Numbered from the stretch's first letter, positions 18,545 to 27,250 are shown. The stretch: 54,530 nt of DNA from Nanobdellota archaeon (GCA_038045405.1 JBBSYF010000015.1:1-54530), one strand, 5' to 3'. Numbers and translations are program-made. The notes: a model not told the origin generated them from the letters alone.

Positions 18545-19990
18545 ATGGGAAGAGAAGAAGAGATAATAAAAGAGAGAGAAAGGAAACTTAAAGAGATGTT
18601 GGCAGAAGGAATTAATCCTTATCCTGCTAGCTTTGACAAGAAGAATACTTGCAAGGAAGCAATAGAGTCTAAGATTGGAGCAAAGGTTGTGACCGCTGGA
18701 AGGTTGATGAACAAAAGAGATTTGGGTAAAATAATTTTTTCTGTTGTTAGAGACGGAACTGGAGACATTCAAATTGTTTTCCAAGAAGGACAAACCCCAG
18801 ATAAAACAACAAAGTTTTTTCAGAAATATTTTGATGCTGGAGATATTGTTGGAATTGAAGGAAAGTTATTCAAAACAAAAACTGGACAGACTTCAATACT
18901 TGTTGAAAAAGTTGATATGTTAAGTAAAAGTCTTCTTCCTTTGCCGGAGAAGTGGCATGGAATTCAAGATGATGATGAAAGATTAAGAAAGAGATATCTC
19001 GACATTTTGATGAACCCTGAAACAAGAGAAATTTTTGTGAAAAAAGGGATTTTCTGGAAATCTTTTAGAGAGTTTTTAACAAGGCATAGTTTTTTGGAAG
19101 TTGAAACACCCGTTCTTGAGAATTCTGCTGGAGGAGCGTCAGCGACGCCATTCAAGACACATCACAACGCTCTTAATCTTGACGTTTTCCTAAGAATTTC
19201 AATGGGAGAACTTTGGCAGAAGAAATTAATGGTTGCTGGTTACGAAAAAACTTTTGAAATTGGAAGGCAGTTCAGAAACGAAGGTATGGACGCGGAGCAT
19301 TTACAAGATTATACTCAAATGGAATTTTATTGGGCATACGCAGATTACAATATGGGAATGAAGTTGGTTGAGGAGATGTACAAAGAAGTTGCAAAGAAAA
19401 CTTTTGGAACATTGAAGTTCAAATCAAGAGGTTATGATTTGGATTTAGGAAAGAAGTGGGTTGTTTATGATTATGAAAGTGTGATTAAGAAGAACACGGG
19501 AATTGACATTTACAAAGCTTCTGAAAAAGAAATAAAACTAAAACTGAAGGAGCTCGGCGTTGAACATGACCCTAAAATGTCCAAGTGGAGGCTTGTAGAT
19601 TCTCTTTGGAAATACTGTCGAAAGAAACTAGCAGGACCGGGATTCCTTACTGGACAGCCTGTTGAAGTAAGTCCTTTGGCAAAGAGAAATCCAAAAGACA
19701 CAAAGAAAGTAGAACAGTTCCAAGTAATAATTGCTGGGACAGAAATAGGCAATGGTTATTCTGAATTAAATGACCCTTTAGATCAAGAGTCTAGATTTAA
19801 GGAACAAAGTAAAATGAAAGAAGCAGGGGATTCTGACGCACAAGAGCATGATTACGCTTTTGTCGAAGCATTAAAGCATGGAATGCCTCCAACTTGTGGT
19901 TTCGGAGTTTCAGAAAGACTTTTTGCATATCTCGTAGATAAACCAATAAGAGAGACAGTTATTTTCCCTCTAATGAAGCCGGAGAAATAA
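18545..19990 (+). CDS. lysS: lysyl-tRNA synthetase, class II
   Basis: OB-fold N-domain, motif 2 GRQFRNEGMDAEHLQDYTQMEFYWAY, motif 3 GFGVSERL. The start is set at ATG 18545, because the track extension overlaps acyP. Confidence 0.93.
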   Translation: MGREEEIIKERERKLKEMLAEGINPYPASFDKKNTCKEAIESKIGAKVVTAGRLMNKRDLGKIIFSVVRDGTGDIQIVFQEGQTPDKTTKFFQKYFDAGDIVGIEGKLFKTKTGQTSILVEKVDMLSKSLLPLPEKWHGIQDDDERLRKRYLDILMNPETREIFVKKGIFWKSFREFLTRHSFLEVETPVLENSAGGASATPFKTHHNALNLDVFLRISMGELWQKKLMVAGYEKTFEIGRQFRNEGMDAEHLQDYTQMEFYWAYADYNMGMKLVEEMYKEVAKKTFGTLKFKSRGYDLDLGKKWVVYDYESVIKKNTGIDIYKASEKEIKLKLKELGVEHDPKMSKWRLVDSLWKYCRKKLAGPGFLTGQPVEVSPLAKRNPKDTKKVEQFQVIIAGTEIGNGYSELNDPLDQESRFKEQSKMKEAGDSDAQEHDYAFVEALKHGMPPTCGFGVSERLFAYLVDKPIRETVIFPLMKPEK

Positions 19991-19991
19991 A

Positions 19992-20588
19992 ATGTCAGAT
20001 ATCCCAATCTCACGAGAAGAAGCATGGAAATTAATTCTTAAACATAATTCCGAACGCTCAGATTTAAATCATTACTTAGAAAGTGAGGCAGTTATGCGTG
20101 AGCTGGCAACACATTTAAAATTGAAGCCAGAAAAGATTGAGTATTGGGCAATCCTTGGATTGCTTCACGATGTTGATTGGGGAATAACAAAAAATAATGT
20201 AGAGACACACTTGACCAAGGCTCCTGAAATTCTTGAAGAAGCGGGTTTTGCAAATGAGTTTATTGAAAATATCTTGAGTCATGGTTATGGGTTTAACGAG
20301 TTGCCACATCTTGCGCACAAAGTAAGAACAGAAAAGGTAGAACATGCTCTCGCGGCTTCGGAAACAGTAACTGGATTGATTCATGCTTATGCTTTGATGA
20401 GGCAGGGAAGAGTTTCTGATATGGACCCGAACGGCCTAAAGAAAAAATACAAAGATAAAACGTTTGCAGCAAAAGTTGACAGGAGTGTAATAAAAGAGGC
20501 AGAAGAATTGGGTATAACTTTAGAAGAATTTTTCTCGATTGCTATCGAAGGAATCAAAAAAATAAAAGATAAAGTTGGTTTGAGTTAG
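19992..20588 (+). CDS. HD-domain phosphohydrolase
   Basis: H...HDVDW metal-binding motif (LGLLHDVDW), about 200 aa. Confidence 0.72.
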   Translation: MSDIPISREEAWKLILKHNSERSDLNHYLESEAVMRELATHLKLKPEKIEYWAILGLLHDVDWGITKNNVETHLTKAPEILEEAGFANEFIENILSHGYGFNELPHLAHKVRTEKVEHALAASETVTGLIHAYALMRQGRVSDMDPNGLKKKYKDKTFAAKVDRSVIKEAEELGITLEEFFSIAIEGIKKIKDKVGLS

Positions 20589-20624
20589 GAAAAGGATTAA
20601 ATATAAGCATCCAGTAAAAATTGT

Positions 20625-21035
20625 ATGGGAGAAAAAGAAGAATATTACTTTCTGACAGAAAAATTAGAAAGAGTTAACTGGGCTCTTGAAGGTCAATGTG
20701 ATGATGTTGATTGTGATAAATATATTTATCTGGATTGTCTAAAAGCCAGCCATAAACCTATTCTTGAACATAATTTTTCTTGCATGAGTAAATTAAAAGT
20801 TGAGAAGGATGTTATTCTAAGACTTTTATCGCAGCGTAAATATGGAAGATATCGCTTTGAAAAATGTATTGTTTGTAAAAGAAGTTTAGATAAATTAAGT
20901 AATAAAAGTGTTATAGTCAGTTTCACAAAACCTATTAAACATAATGGAAAAACTTGTTATCAGTGGAAAGGAGTTTGGACACACAGAAAATGTAGCTCAA
21001 AAGTAAAAATTCCTAAAGGATGGAAAAAGTACTAA
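20625..21035 (+). CDS. cysteine-containing hypothetical protein
   Basis: 136 aa with CDDVDCD, CIVCK and C-terminal C/H residues that suggest zinc binding. No family recognised. Confidence 0.4.
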   Translation: MGEKEEYYFLTEKLERVNWALEGQCDDVDCDKYIYLDCLKASHKPILEHNFSCMSKLKVEKDVILRLLSQRKYGRYRFEKCIVCKRSLDKLSNKSVIVSFTKPIKHNGKTCYQWKGVWTHRKCSSKVKIPKGWKKY

Positions 21036-21036
21036 A

Positions 21037-21222
21037 ATGTCAATCATCGTAAAGTCAAACATAAGAAAAGTTGTGAAAGATTTAGACAAAGAAAATTCTA
21101 TCTCTAGCGTTTCCGACGAGGTTTCAATTGCTTTGGAAAGAAAGGTGGAAGAAATTTTGATTGATGGAATAAAGAGGGCAAAGTCCAACGGAAGAAAAAC
21201 TTTGCAAGGTAGAGACTTGTAA
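21037..21222 (+). CDS. histone-fold-like small DNA-binding protein (DUF1931-like)
   Basis: IVKSNIRKVVKD...SDEVSIALERKVEEILIDGIKRAKSNGRKTLQGRDL resembles the single histone-fold DUF1931 pattern. Confidence 0.5.
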   Translation: MSIIVKSNIRKVVKDLDKENSISSVSDEVSIALERKVEEILIDGIKRAKSNGRKTLQGRDL

Positions 21223-21267
21223 TTTTATAACATAAAAGCTTATAAATAAAATTTAGTAGATGTTTAA

Positions 21268-21522
21268 ATGAGTAAAGTCTTAGAAAAAATTGTAAGTGGT
21301 TCTCATAAGGTACTGGACGGTATGAACAATTTTTACGATACCAAATCAGAAAAATGGTATGTGGAAGCTGCAAAACATTTAGTTCCATCCTATACTGTGA
21401 ACAGGATTAATACCGATTTCGGTGGAAATTTAATAACAGACTTGGCTGCAGGCACTATAGAACTTGGAAAGTTGGTAGTATACGGTGCTCTCGTAATTGG
21501 TGCAGTAGAATTTTTTAGATAA
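21268..21522 (+). CDS. hypothetical protein with C-terminal hydrophobic helix
   Basis: 84-aa ORF. No motif. Confidence 0.35.
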   Translation: MSKVLEKIVSGSHKVLDGMNNFYDTKSEKWYVEAAKHLVPSYTVNRINTDFGGNLITDLAAGTIELGKLVVYGALVIGAVEFFR

Positions 21523-21589
21523 AATAATCAAGTGAATGTATCTTTGAAGTATATAAAAGATTATAAGGGTATTTCATAACTGTTGAGAT

Positions 21590-21865
21590 ATGGACTCAAG
21601 TTTATACCTAACCAGAGCAAGTAAGTTTGTAGAAGCGGATCCTGTTAGAGGGATTCCAGAATCTGGTACGGAGTACAGCTCTTATTTTGTTGTTGTTGCA
21701 CCAAATACAGACGAAGCTTCCAAAAAACTTCGTAGATATCTTAGTAACCATTCAAGATCTAAAGGTTGGGAAACGAGAGAAACAAGGGAATTAACTGTGG
21801 GAGCTCATATTCCTTTAGAAGATAGAGTTGCAATTCTAAAAGAAGTTCTTTCTGTAATTGAATAA
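21590..21865 (+). CDS. hypothetical protein
   Basis: 91-aa ORF. No motif. Confidence 0.35.
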   Translation: MDSSLYLTRASKFVEADPVRGIPESGTEYSSYFVVVAPNTDEASKKLRRYLSNHSRSKGWETRETRELTVGAHIPLEDRVAILKEVLSVIE

Positions 21866-21929
21866 TTTTTATTTCTTAAATGTTTAGAGAGTAACTAAAA
21901 TATAAAAACCCGTTCTACTTTTTCAGGTT

Positions 21930-22076
21930 ATGCCTACAGAAAAAAAGAGTACCACAACTTCTAAGTCAAGTCAGGGAAAAAAGAATAGGGCAGCCGGGGG
22001 AAGATTTGAGTTAAAGGTTCGTTCTGAGATGGAAAATCCTGTTATTTCTTTGAAGTTAAAATATCAATATTTATAG
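21930..22076 (+). pseudogene. 48-codon 5' fragment of an Hjc-like PD-(D/E)XK nuclease paralog
   Basis: It translates to ...GKKNRAAGGRFELKVRSEMEN..., which parallels GRKSRASGKRFEDKVRANLES at the N-terminus of the intact gene at 22864. The catalytic D...ExK half is missing. Confidence 0.45.
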
Positions 22077-22115
22077 AAGATAATGTCGTAATAGGGGTAA
22101 GTAGGTACTCTATTT

Positions 22116-22889
22116 ATGGAAAGAGATGAAAAAGGAAGATTTGTGAGGGGGCATAGGGTTTTAGGTAAAGGTATTCTTAGAGTAATAGATTATAATGCAA
22201 AGAATGGTGTTTGGAACAAAGGCATGAAAGGAAAGGGATTGTATAAGCAACCAAAAAATTCAAATATTATAAGAAGCGAAACGATGAAAAAAAGGTGGAA
22301 AGAGAGTGAACTCTTAAAGTCTAGTGAAAGAAGTAATAAAATCAAAGAAAAAAGAAAGAACCAAGTTATAACTGAGGAAACGAAGCAAAAGATTTCTTTA
22401 GCTCTAAAAGAGAAATATAAACGGGGTGAGATTACCATACCTTTTAAGGGTAAAAAGATGACTGAAGAACAGAGAAAAAAGTTAAGTCAAGCTCTTAAAG
22501 GTCTAGCAAAGAGTGATGAGTTTAAACAAAAAGTTTCTGTAACATTAAAAGAGTTGTACAAAAGTGGCAAAAGGCATGTAATTTGGGTTCCTGAAACTAA
22601 GCCAGAAAAAATTTTTAGAGGATTACTAGAAGAATTAAACATTTCTTTTACTCCTCAAAAAAAAATTTATGGAACACCCGACTTTTTTATAGAACCCAAT
22701 GTATGCATCTTTGTTGATGGAGATTATTGGCATAGCTCTGAAAAATCAATGAAGAGAGATGAAGAGGTTAACTATTATTTGATTGATAGCGGTTTCAAAG
22801 TGATTAGGTTTAAAGAAAAAGATATTCTAAAAAATATTAATAAAATTAAAGAGAAAATTGTAAATGAATTCCAAATCATTAATAGGTAG
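22116..22889 (+). CDS. homing-endonuclease-like protein: 3x NUMOD3-type motifs plus a Vsr/DUF559-like PD-(D/E)XK domain
   Basis: Repeats ITEETKQKISLALKEKYKRGE, MTEEQRKKLSQALKG and DEFKQKVSVTLKELYKSGK. C-terminus GTPDFFIEPNVCIFVDGDYWH...GFKVIRFKEKDI. Confidence 0.6.
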   Translation: MERDEKGRFVRGHRVLGKGILRVIDYNAKNGVWNKGMKGKGLYKQPKNSNIIRSETMKKRWKESELLKSSERSNKIKEKRKNQVITEETKQKISLALKEKYKRGEITIPFKGKKMTEEQRKKLSQALKGLAKSDEFKQKVSVTLKELYKSGKRHVIWVPETKPEKIFRGLLEELNISFTPQKKIYGTPDFFIEPNVCIFVDGDYWHSSEKSMKRDEEVNYYLIDSGFKVIRFKEKDILKNINKIKEKIVNEFQIINR

Positions 22890-23307
22890 AAAAAGTAGAG
22901 CTTCTGGAAAGAGGTTTGAAGATAAAGTCAGGGCTAACTTAGAGAGTTCTGAGATGGGGTGGACGGTCAGTAAATGGATGAATACTATTGAGCAAGAAAA
23001 AGGGGGAGGGATATGGAAGATTACTAAAGTTAGAAATAAATTTTTGGGACCAGGAAGACCTTTAATGTTAGGGGCCGGGTTTCCAGATTTCGTAGCTTTC
23101 AAAAAAGCTAATTCAGGGGATTTTGAGGTAGTAGCTGTAGAAGCGAAGAGTAATGGTTATTTAGATCAAAAAGAGAAAACGATGAGTCAATGGTTAATTG
23201 ACCATAACATTTTTTCTAAGATTATTATAGCAAAAAAAGGAAAGAAAAGAGGGGAAGTAGAGTACATTGATTTTAAAGAGAAGTACAAAGTTGATAATAC
23301 AGCATAA
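22864..23307 (+). CDS. Hjc/archaeal-resolvase-like PD-(D/E)XK nuclease
   Basis: ASGKRFEDKVRANLE..GWTV at the N-terminus, then GFPDFVAF and VAVEAKS (D...ExK). Confidence 0.6.
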   Translation: MNSKSLIGRKSRASGKRFEDKVRANLESSEMGWTVSKWMNTIEQEKGGGIWKITKVRNKFLGPGRPLMLGAGFPDFVAFKKANSGDFEVVAVEAKSNGYLDQKEKTMSQWLIDHNIFSKIIIAKKGKKRGEVEYIDFKEKYKVDNTA

Positions 23308-23335
23308 TAAAACTTAAAATCAGAGGATTGTTAGA

Positions 23336-23875
23336 ATGTTAATGAAGAAATCTCAAGGATTTTTTATTTTAGCATTTTTTCTTTCTTTATACGCTCTAAC
23401 ATTTGTTTCTGCATTATGTGAATCTGGGCAGATTGACGTTAATACAGCTTCTTCATCAGAATTAGACAAGATAATTGGGGTTGGTAATGCAACAGCTTTG
23501 AAGATAATCGCAACTAGGCCTTTTTCTTCGGTAGACGATTTGATAAGAGTTAGTGGAATAGGAAATGTAACTCTCAGCAAGATGAAAGCGCAAGGACTGG
23601 TTTGTGTGGGTGATGAAGAAGACACTGTTAAAGAAGAAATCCAAGAGGAGACAAATGTAACAGAAGTTAAGGTTATTAGTGACTTAACCAATACCCAAAC
23701 TGCTGCTCAACCAGAGTCAAAGAAGGCAATAACTTTGAATCCGCAAGTTATAAAAACCGCCGGGACCAACGGTTTAAAGAAAAGCCCTGCCCTCTGGGGA
23801 TTTGTGGTTTTTTGTGTTTTGATTGTAGTTTTGTTTATAATAAAAGCGGGAAAGTACAAAAATGAGTTTAGATGA
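23336..23875 (+). CDS. secreted, membrane-anchored ComEA-like helix-hairpin-helix DNA-binding protein
   Basis: Signal peptide (FFILAFFLSLYALTFVSA), then IDVNTASSSELDKIIGVGNATALKIIATRPFSSVDDLIRVSGIGNVTLSKM (tandem HhH as in ComEA), a T/E-rich linker and a C-terminal TM helix plus basic tail. Confidence 0.72.
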   Translation: MLMKKSQGFFILAFFLSLYALTFVSALCESGQIDVNTASSSELDKIIGVGNATALKIIATRPFSSVDDLIRVSGIGNVTLSKMKAQGLVCVGDEEDTVKEEIQEETNVTEVKVISDLTNTQTAAQPESKKAITLNPQVIKTAGTNGLKKSPALWGFVVFCVLIVVLFIIKAGKYKNEFR

Positions 23876-24389
23876 ACAGAAGATAAGAGCAATAATGATT
23901 CTTGATGTTATAGGAAGACCTCCAAAGCACTTAATAGAGAGTCTTGAGAAAGTAATAAGCGAGATTGACAAGGAAAAAGGCGTTAAGGTAATGATGAAAG
24001 ATATTAAGGAACCAACGCTAATGAAAGACCAAACAGATTTTTACACAACATTTGCAGAGGTTGAGGTCGAGATTGAAGACATTTTAAGTCTCGCTATTCT
24101 TCTTTTCAAATACATGCCGGCACATCTTGAAGTTGTTTCCCCAGAGATTATTGCAATGTCAAGTAATGGGTGGAATGATATTCTCAATGAGTTAGCTAGA
24201 AGACTTCATGCTTATGATGAGATTGCAAGAATGTTACAGAGTGAAAAAAATGTGCTGCTTAAAAAACTCAAAGAGCTCGGCGGAGACTTGAACGACTTAA
24301 TACCAAAGTCAATGATAAAGACGCCAGAATCAGAAATTGAGAAAGAAGATAAATCAGAAAAGAAGAAAGGAAACAAAAAGAAGAAGTAA
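23862..24389 (+). CDS. hypothetical cytoplasmic protein with K/E tail
   Basis: 175-aa ORF that overlaps the ComEA-like gene by 14 nt. No motif. Confidence 0.45.
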   Translation: MSLDEQKIRAIMILDVIGRPPKHLIESLEKVISEIDKEKGVKVMMKDIKEPTLMKDQTDFYTTFAEVEVEIEDILSLAILLFKYMPAHLEVVSPEIIAMSSNGWNDILNELARRLHAYDEIARMLQSEKNVLLKKLKELGGDLNDLIPKSMIKTPESEIEKEDKSEKKKGNKKKK

Positions 24390-24393
24390 TTTC

Positions 24394-24408
24394 TAATAAA
24401 GTAAAATC
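24394..24408 (+). repeat. copy A of the TAATAAAGTAAAATC repeat
   Basis: An identical 15-mer recurs at 25875-25889, with similar flanks (GTTTT..TAGAC.AA). A 13/15 copy lies at 26575-26589. Confidence 0.6.
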
Positions 24409-24442
24409 TCGTTTTGTAAATTAGACAAAGGTTGTTGAAAAA

Positions 24443-25792
24443 TTACTTTCTCGCGCCTATTTTTAGTAAATCAATCTGAGGGCGGACACGCTTGTACCTT
24501 TTGAAGAACCATAACAAGAACAAAATAACGAGGGCAACCATTGACCAACCGATTATTTTTCCGGTTGAGCTTTTCTTGATTACTTCACATTGCGCAGGTG
24601 CAACGCAGCAAACTCCTTCACTTACTTTTGCTGTTTCCCCACTACAAGTTTCATTAGAAGTACAGACTTTTCCTTTAAGCTGTGTACACGTTGTTAAGAT
24701 TACTGGCTCTGAACTTGTTTCTTCACCGACGGGGGCGATGTAATCACTAATAAAGTCTAAAGATATTTCAAAGGAAGAGGTTGTGTTTTCTGTTCTCACA
24801 GTGACTTCATCACTAACAGATTTTTCTATGCTTCCAGAGTTTATTGTAATTTCTACTTGTTCCGATGAATTTTTGCCAACTGTAGAAGGCGAAGATATGG
24901 TGACATAATTTACAAGAGAGGTTGGAATGGAAAATGTTAAATTTTCCAAGTCTAGGTCTCCCGTGTTAAGAACGTAGACAATCCTCTTGGCTGTTGAATT
25001 TGTAGCCATTGAGACGCTCATTTGATTTGGTTCTAGTCTAAAACTTTCTTCTCCGTTAGAAGAAGTTATATCAGATGCAGAACTCGGGAGTACATTAGAG
25101 TTAACAAAAGAAGGAATCAAGTACTGAGTATTTATCGAAGATAGTTTTATGTTTTCTACTTCTGAGCTTTGTCCAGATGAAACGAAAGGTATTTCTTTTA
25201 TTTCTCCAGATTTAACAGTTATTGATTTTTGGGCTGAAAGGTTTTTTGGAGTGCTGATAGAAATTGTTATTTGATTTTCTTGCAAGTTTTGGACTTCCAG
25301 AGAAAAGTCTTGTGAGGTTTTGATAAATCCTGGAGTTACAGAGAAGTCAGAAAGGTTTTCGGTAATTATAAAATTTTTAACAAGGTTTTCTTCGCTCTCT
25401 AATGCCCCTTTCATATACTTAATCTTTTCAAGAACAAGAGAATAATTTCCTGCTTGTTTATCTGCAATTAAGGCGTAGAGGTAAAAATCATCATTGATAT
25501 TTGCAATTTCGTAAACAAAAGGAATATTTGAGGGGTTTCCGTTGCGATAAAAGAAAACGTTACTTCTTGTTGGCTGTTCTAAGAAGTTTGCAGAAACCTT
25601 CGCAATAAGTGTTTCACCTTTGTCAAAACTGTTTGAGTCTTTTGTAAAGTTAATTTGTGCTGCGGAAATTAAAGATATTGAAAGTAAGAATACTGTTAAT
25701 GATAGAAGCAGTAAGTTAAATTTAAATTTAAATTGGCTATGCGAGTTGCCACCTGAGTTTTTATCACTAAAAGAGCTGTAAATCATCACCAT
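24443..25792 (-). CDS. surface protein: signal peptide, Ser/Thr/Asn-rich ectodomain, juxtamembrane Cys module, C-terminal TM anchor
   Basis: LLLLSLTVFLLSISLISA signal. C-terminal CTQLKGKVCTSNETCSGETAKVSEGVCCVAPAQCE, then IIGWSMVALVILFLLWFF plus a basic tail. The start is ambiguous (TTG 25798, ATG 25792 or 25786). Confidence 0.65.
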   Translation of the reverse strand: MVMIYSSFSDKNSGGNSHSQFKFKFNLLLLSLTVFLLSISLISAAQINFTKDSNSFDKGETLIAKVSANFLEQPTRSNVFFYRNGNPSNIPFVYEIANINDDFYLYALIADKQAGNYSLVLEKIKYMKGALESEENLVKNFIITENLSDFSVTPGFIKTSQDFSLEVQNLQENQITISISTPKNLSAQKSITVKSGEIKEIPFVSSGQSSEVENIKLSSINTQYLIPSFVNSNVLPSSASDITSSNGEESFRLEPNQMSVSMATNSTAKRIVYVLNTGDLDLENLTFSIPTSLVNYVTISSPSTVGKNSSEQVEITINSGSIEKSVSDEVTVRTENTTSSFEISLDFISDYIAPVGEETSSEPVILTTCTQLKGKVCTSNETCSGETAKVSEGVCCVAPAQCEVIKKSSTGKIIGWSMVALVILFLLWFFKRYKRVRPQIDLLKIGARK

Positions 25793-25813
25793 ATTCAACT
25801 AAGAAAAAAGAGG

Positions 25814-25822
25814 TTAATAAAG
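25814..25822 (-). promoter_or_regulatory. TATA-like box for the 24443-25792 gene (short or no leader)
   Basis: TTAATAAAG (CTTTATTAA on the coding strand) lies about 20-25 nt upstream of the start. The same 9-mer sits about 25 nt upstream of the ATG at 37138. Confidence 0.35.
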
Positions 25823-25839
25823 TTTATTTCAGTGGAGAA

Positions 25840-25858
25840 GTCGCTCGCTGTCGCTCGC
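25840..25858. repeat. GC-rich tandem 9-mer GTCGCTCGC-T-GTCGCTCGC
   Basis: A direct tandem repeat inside an otherwise AT-rich intergenic region. A related box GCTCACTGCGTTCGC lies at 37003-37017. Confidence 0.5.
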
Positions 25859-25874
25859 AATTAATATATATTTT

Positions 25875-25889
25875 TAATAAAGTAAAATC
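25875..25889 (+). repeat. copy B of the TAATAAAGTAAAATC repeat
   Basis: Identical to 24394-24408. Confidence 0.6.
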
Positions 25890-25978
25890 ACAGCGTTTTT
25901 AGACTAAAACTTGGTTTAGATTGAATGTTATGTTTCTTTATTTTTTCATAAGCACAAGATTTATATACTTCAGGTATA

Positions 25979-25994
25979 TGAGATATATATCTCA
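25979..25994. promoter_or_regulatory. perfect 16-bp palindrome, probable operator of the RelE-type TA module
   Basis: TGAGATATATATCTCA lies 18 nt upstream of the antitoxin ATG and is embedded in GTATA...TATAC. Confidence 0.5.
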
Positions 25995-26011
25995 CATATA
26001 CACCAAACAAA

Positions 26012-26251
26012 ATGGTACAAGCGATGATTGATATTCCGGAAAAGGCGAATCACATATTAAACATAGTGAAGGCAAGGTATAATTTGAAAACTAAAAGCGA
26101 GGCTATTGCCAAGATAGTAATGGAGCACGGTGAGAGTATATTAGAACCTGAATTAAGACCAGAGTATCTTGAAAAACTGAAAAAGATTGATAGAGAAAAA
26201 GGTATTCCTTTTAAGAATATTTCTGAATTAAGAAAAATTATAGAGGGATAA
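26012..26251 (+). CDS. antitoxin (DUF2683-like)
   Basis: MVQAMIDIPEKANHILNIVKARYNLKTKSEAI...EPELRPEYLEKLKKI. It abuts the toxin gene (stop codon then ATG, no gap). Confidence 0.62.
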   Translation: MVQAMIDIPEKANHILNIVKARYNLKTKSEAIAKIVMEHGESILEPELRPEYLEKLKKIDREKGIPFKNISELRKIIEG

Positions 26252-26527
26252 ATGTACAATTACGAGGTAATGCCCTATTTGCAGAGAATCCTTAATAGAT
26301 TGTCTAAAAAAGATAAAGTTCATTACACTCAAATTCTGAATAAAATTGGAGAAATCATTAATTCAAAAGATGTTGAGCATTATAAAAATTTAAAATATGA
26401 CTTAAGTGAGTATAAAGTAGTTCATATTGGACATTTTGTTCTTGTGTTTAAATTTGAAAAGGTAAATAACAAAATTAAATTTGAAGATTTTGACCATCAC
26501 GACGTTATTTACAAGAAGAAAATATGA
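26252..26527 (+). CDS. relE: RelE/ParE-superfamily toxin
   Basis: 91 aa, basic, with ...LSKKDKVHYTQILNKIGEI...YKNLKYDLSEYKVVHIGHFVLVFKFE...I.FEDFDHHDVIYKK, which follows the RelE-fold pattern. Confidence 0.68.
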   Translation: MYNYEVMPYLQRILNRLSKKDKVHYTQILNKIGEIINSKDVEHYKNLKYDLSEYKVVHIGHFVLVFKFEKVNNKIKFEDFDHHDVIYKKKI

Positions 26528-26574
26528 ACAAAGATAGTATAAAATTGTTAAGGTAGTAGAACAAGAATTAGTTT

Positions 26575-26589
26575 TAATGGAGTAAAATC
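26575..26589 (+). repeat. copy C (13/15) of the repeat, TAATGGAGTAAAATC
   Basis: It lies just 3' of the TA module, so copies B and C bracket the module. Confidence 0.4.
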
Positions 26590-26659
26590 AAATTAGTCAG
26601 TTGAGTAAACTGTAGAGCTTAACAATTGGTTTATTTCTGAAGAGTCAAAATAAAGTTAA

Positions 26660-27250
26660 TTATTTCTTTATATTAAAAAATATTCCAGTAATTCCAACGA
26701 TAAAAAGTAAAACACCAAGTAGGCCTTGGCCTGTGCCAGTCATCCCTGCAACAGCATTGCCTGTTGCGTTAAAAGAAAAAACACTAAGGGCAATTCCCGC
26801 GAGGGTTGAAAGAAGAAAGATAGCGGTTTTGCCTTCGAGGCCAGTTCCACTTTTTCGGTGTTCTTCACCAGAATTTCTTTCAATGAATTCTCTTATCGTT
26901 CTGTAGCTCTGTATAGCTCCATTTTTATCTCTTCTTGCAGCCTCTAATAATTTTGGGATAGCCTTTTTCCCTTTTCCGATTTTTTCATACAATTCAGCAC
27001 CGCGCACTGCGGCAGTAACATTAATAAGATTTTTAGAACCTTCTCCCATTAACTCTTTTGCATAAGCACGAATTTCTTCTTCTTTTGCTTTAGCGGCTTC
27101 GTCAGTCATCTCCATATAACTCTTACTTTTCTCCACTAACTCACCATAACCTAATCCTCTGGCTCTTTTGTATTCTGCTCTCAAGATGCTCCCTTTTCCT
27201 CGACCAGTAATTTTGTCGAACTCTCTCAAGTATTTATCCGTGTCACTCAT
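26660..27250 (-). CDS. hypothetical protein: helical cytoplasmic domain plus two C-terminal TM helices
   Basis: 196 aa. It ends ...NATGNAVAGMTGTGQGLLGVLLFIVGITGIFFNIKK and lies directly downstream of the receptor-like gene. Confidence 0.5.
   Translation of the reverse strand: MSDTDKYLREFDKITGRGKGSILRAEYKRARGLGYGELVEKSKSYMEMTDEAAKAKEEEIRAYAKELMGEGSKNLINVTAAVRGAELYEKIGKGKKAIPKLLEAARRDKNGAIQSYRTIREFIERNSGEEHRKSGTGLEGKTAIFLLSTLAGIALSVFSFNATGNAVAGMTGTGQGLLGVLLFIVGITGIFFNIKK

Noticed and set aside
25840-25858. Possible CRISPR or other array, considered for the short tandem repeats at 25840-25858 and 53892-53917.
   Set aside because: There are only two adjacent copies of 9 and 13 nt with no spacers. 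No repeat-spacer periodicity was seen anywhere in the window.
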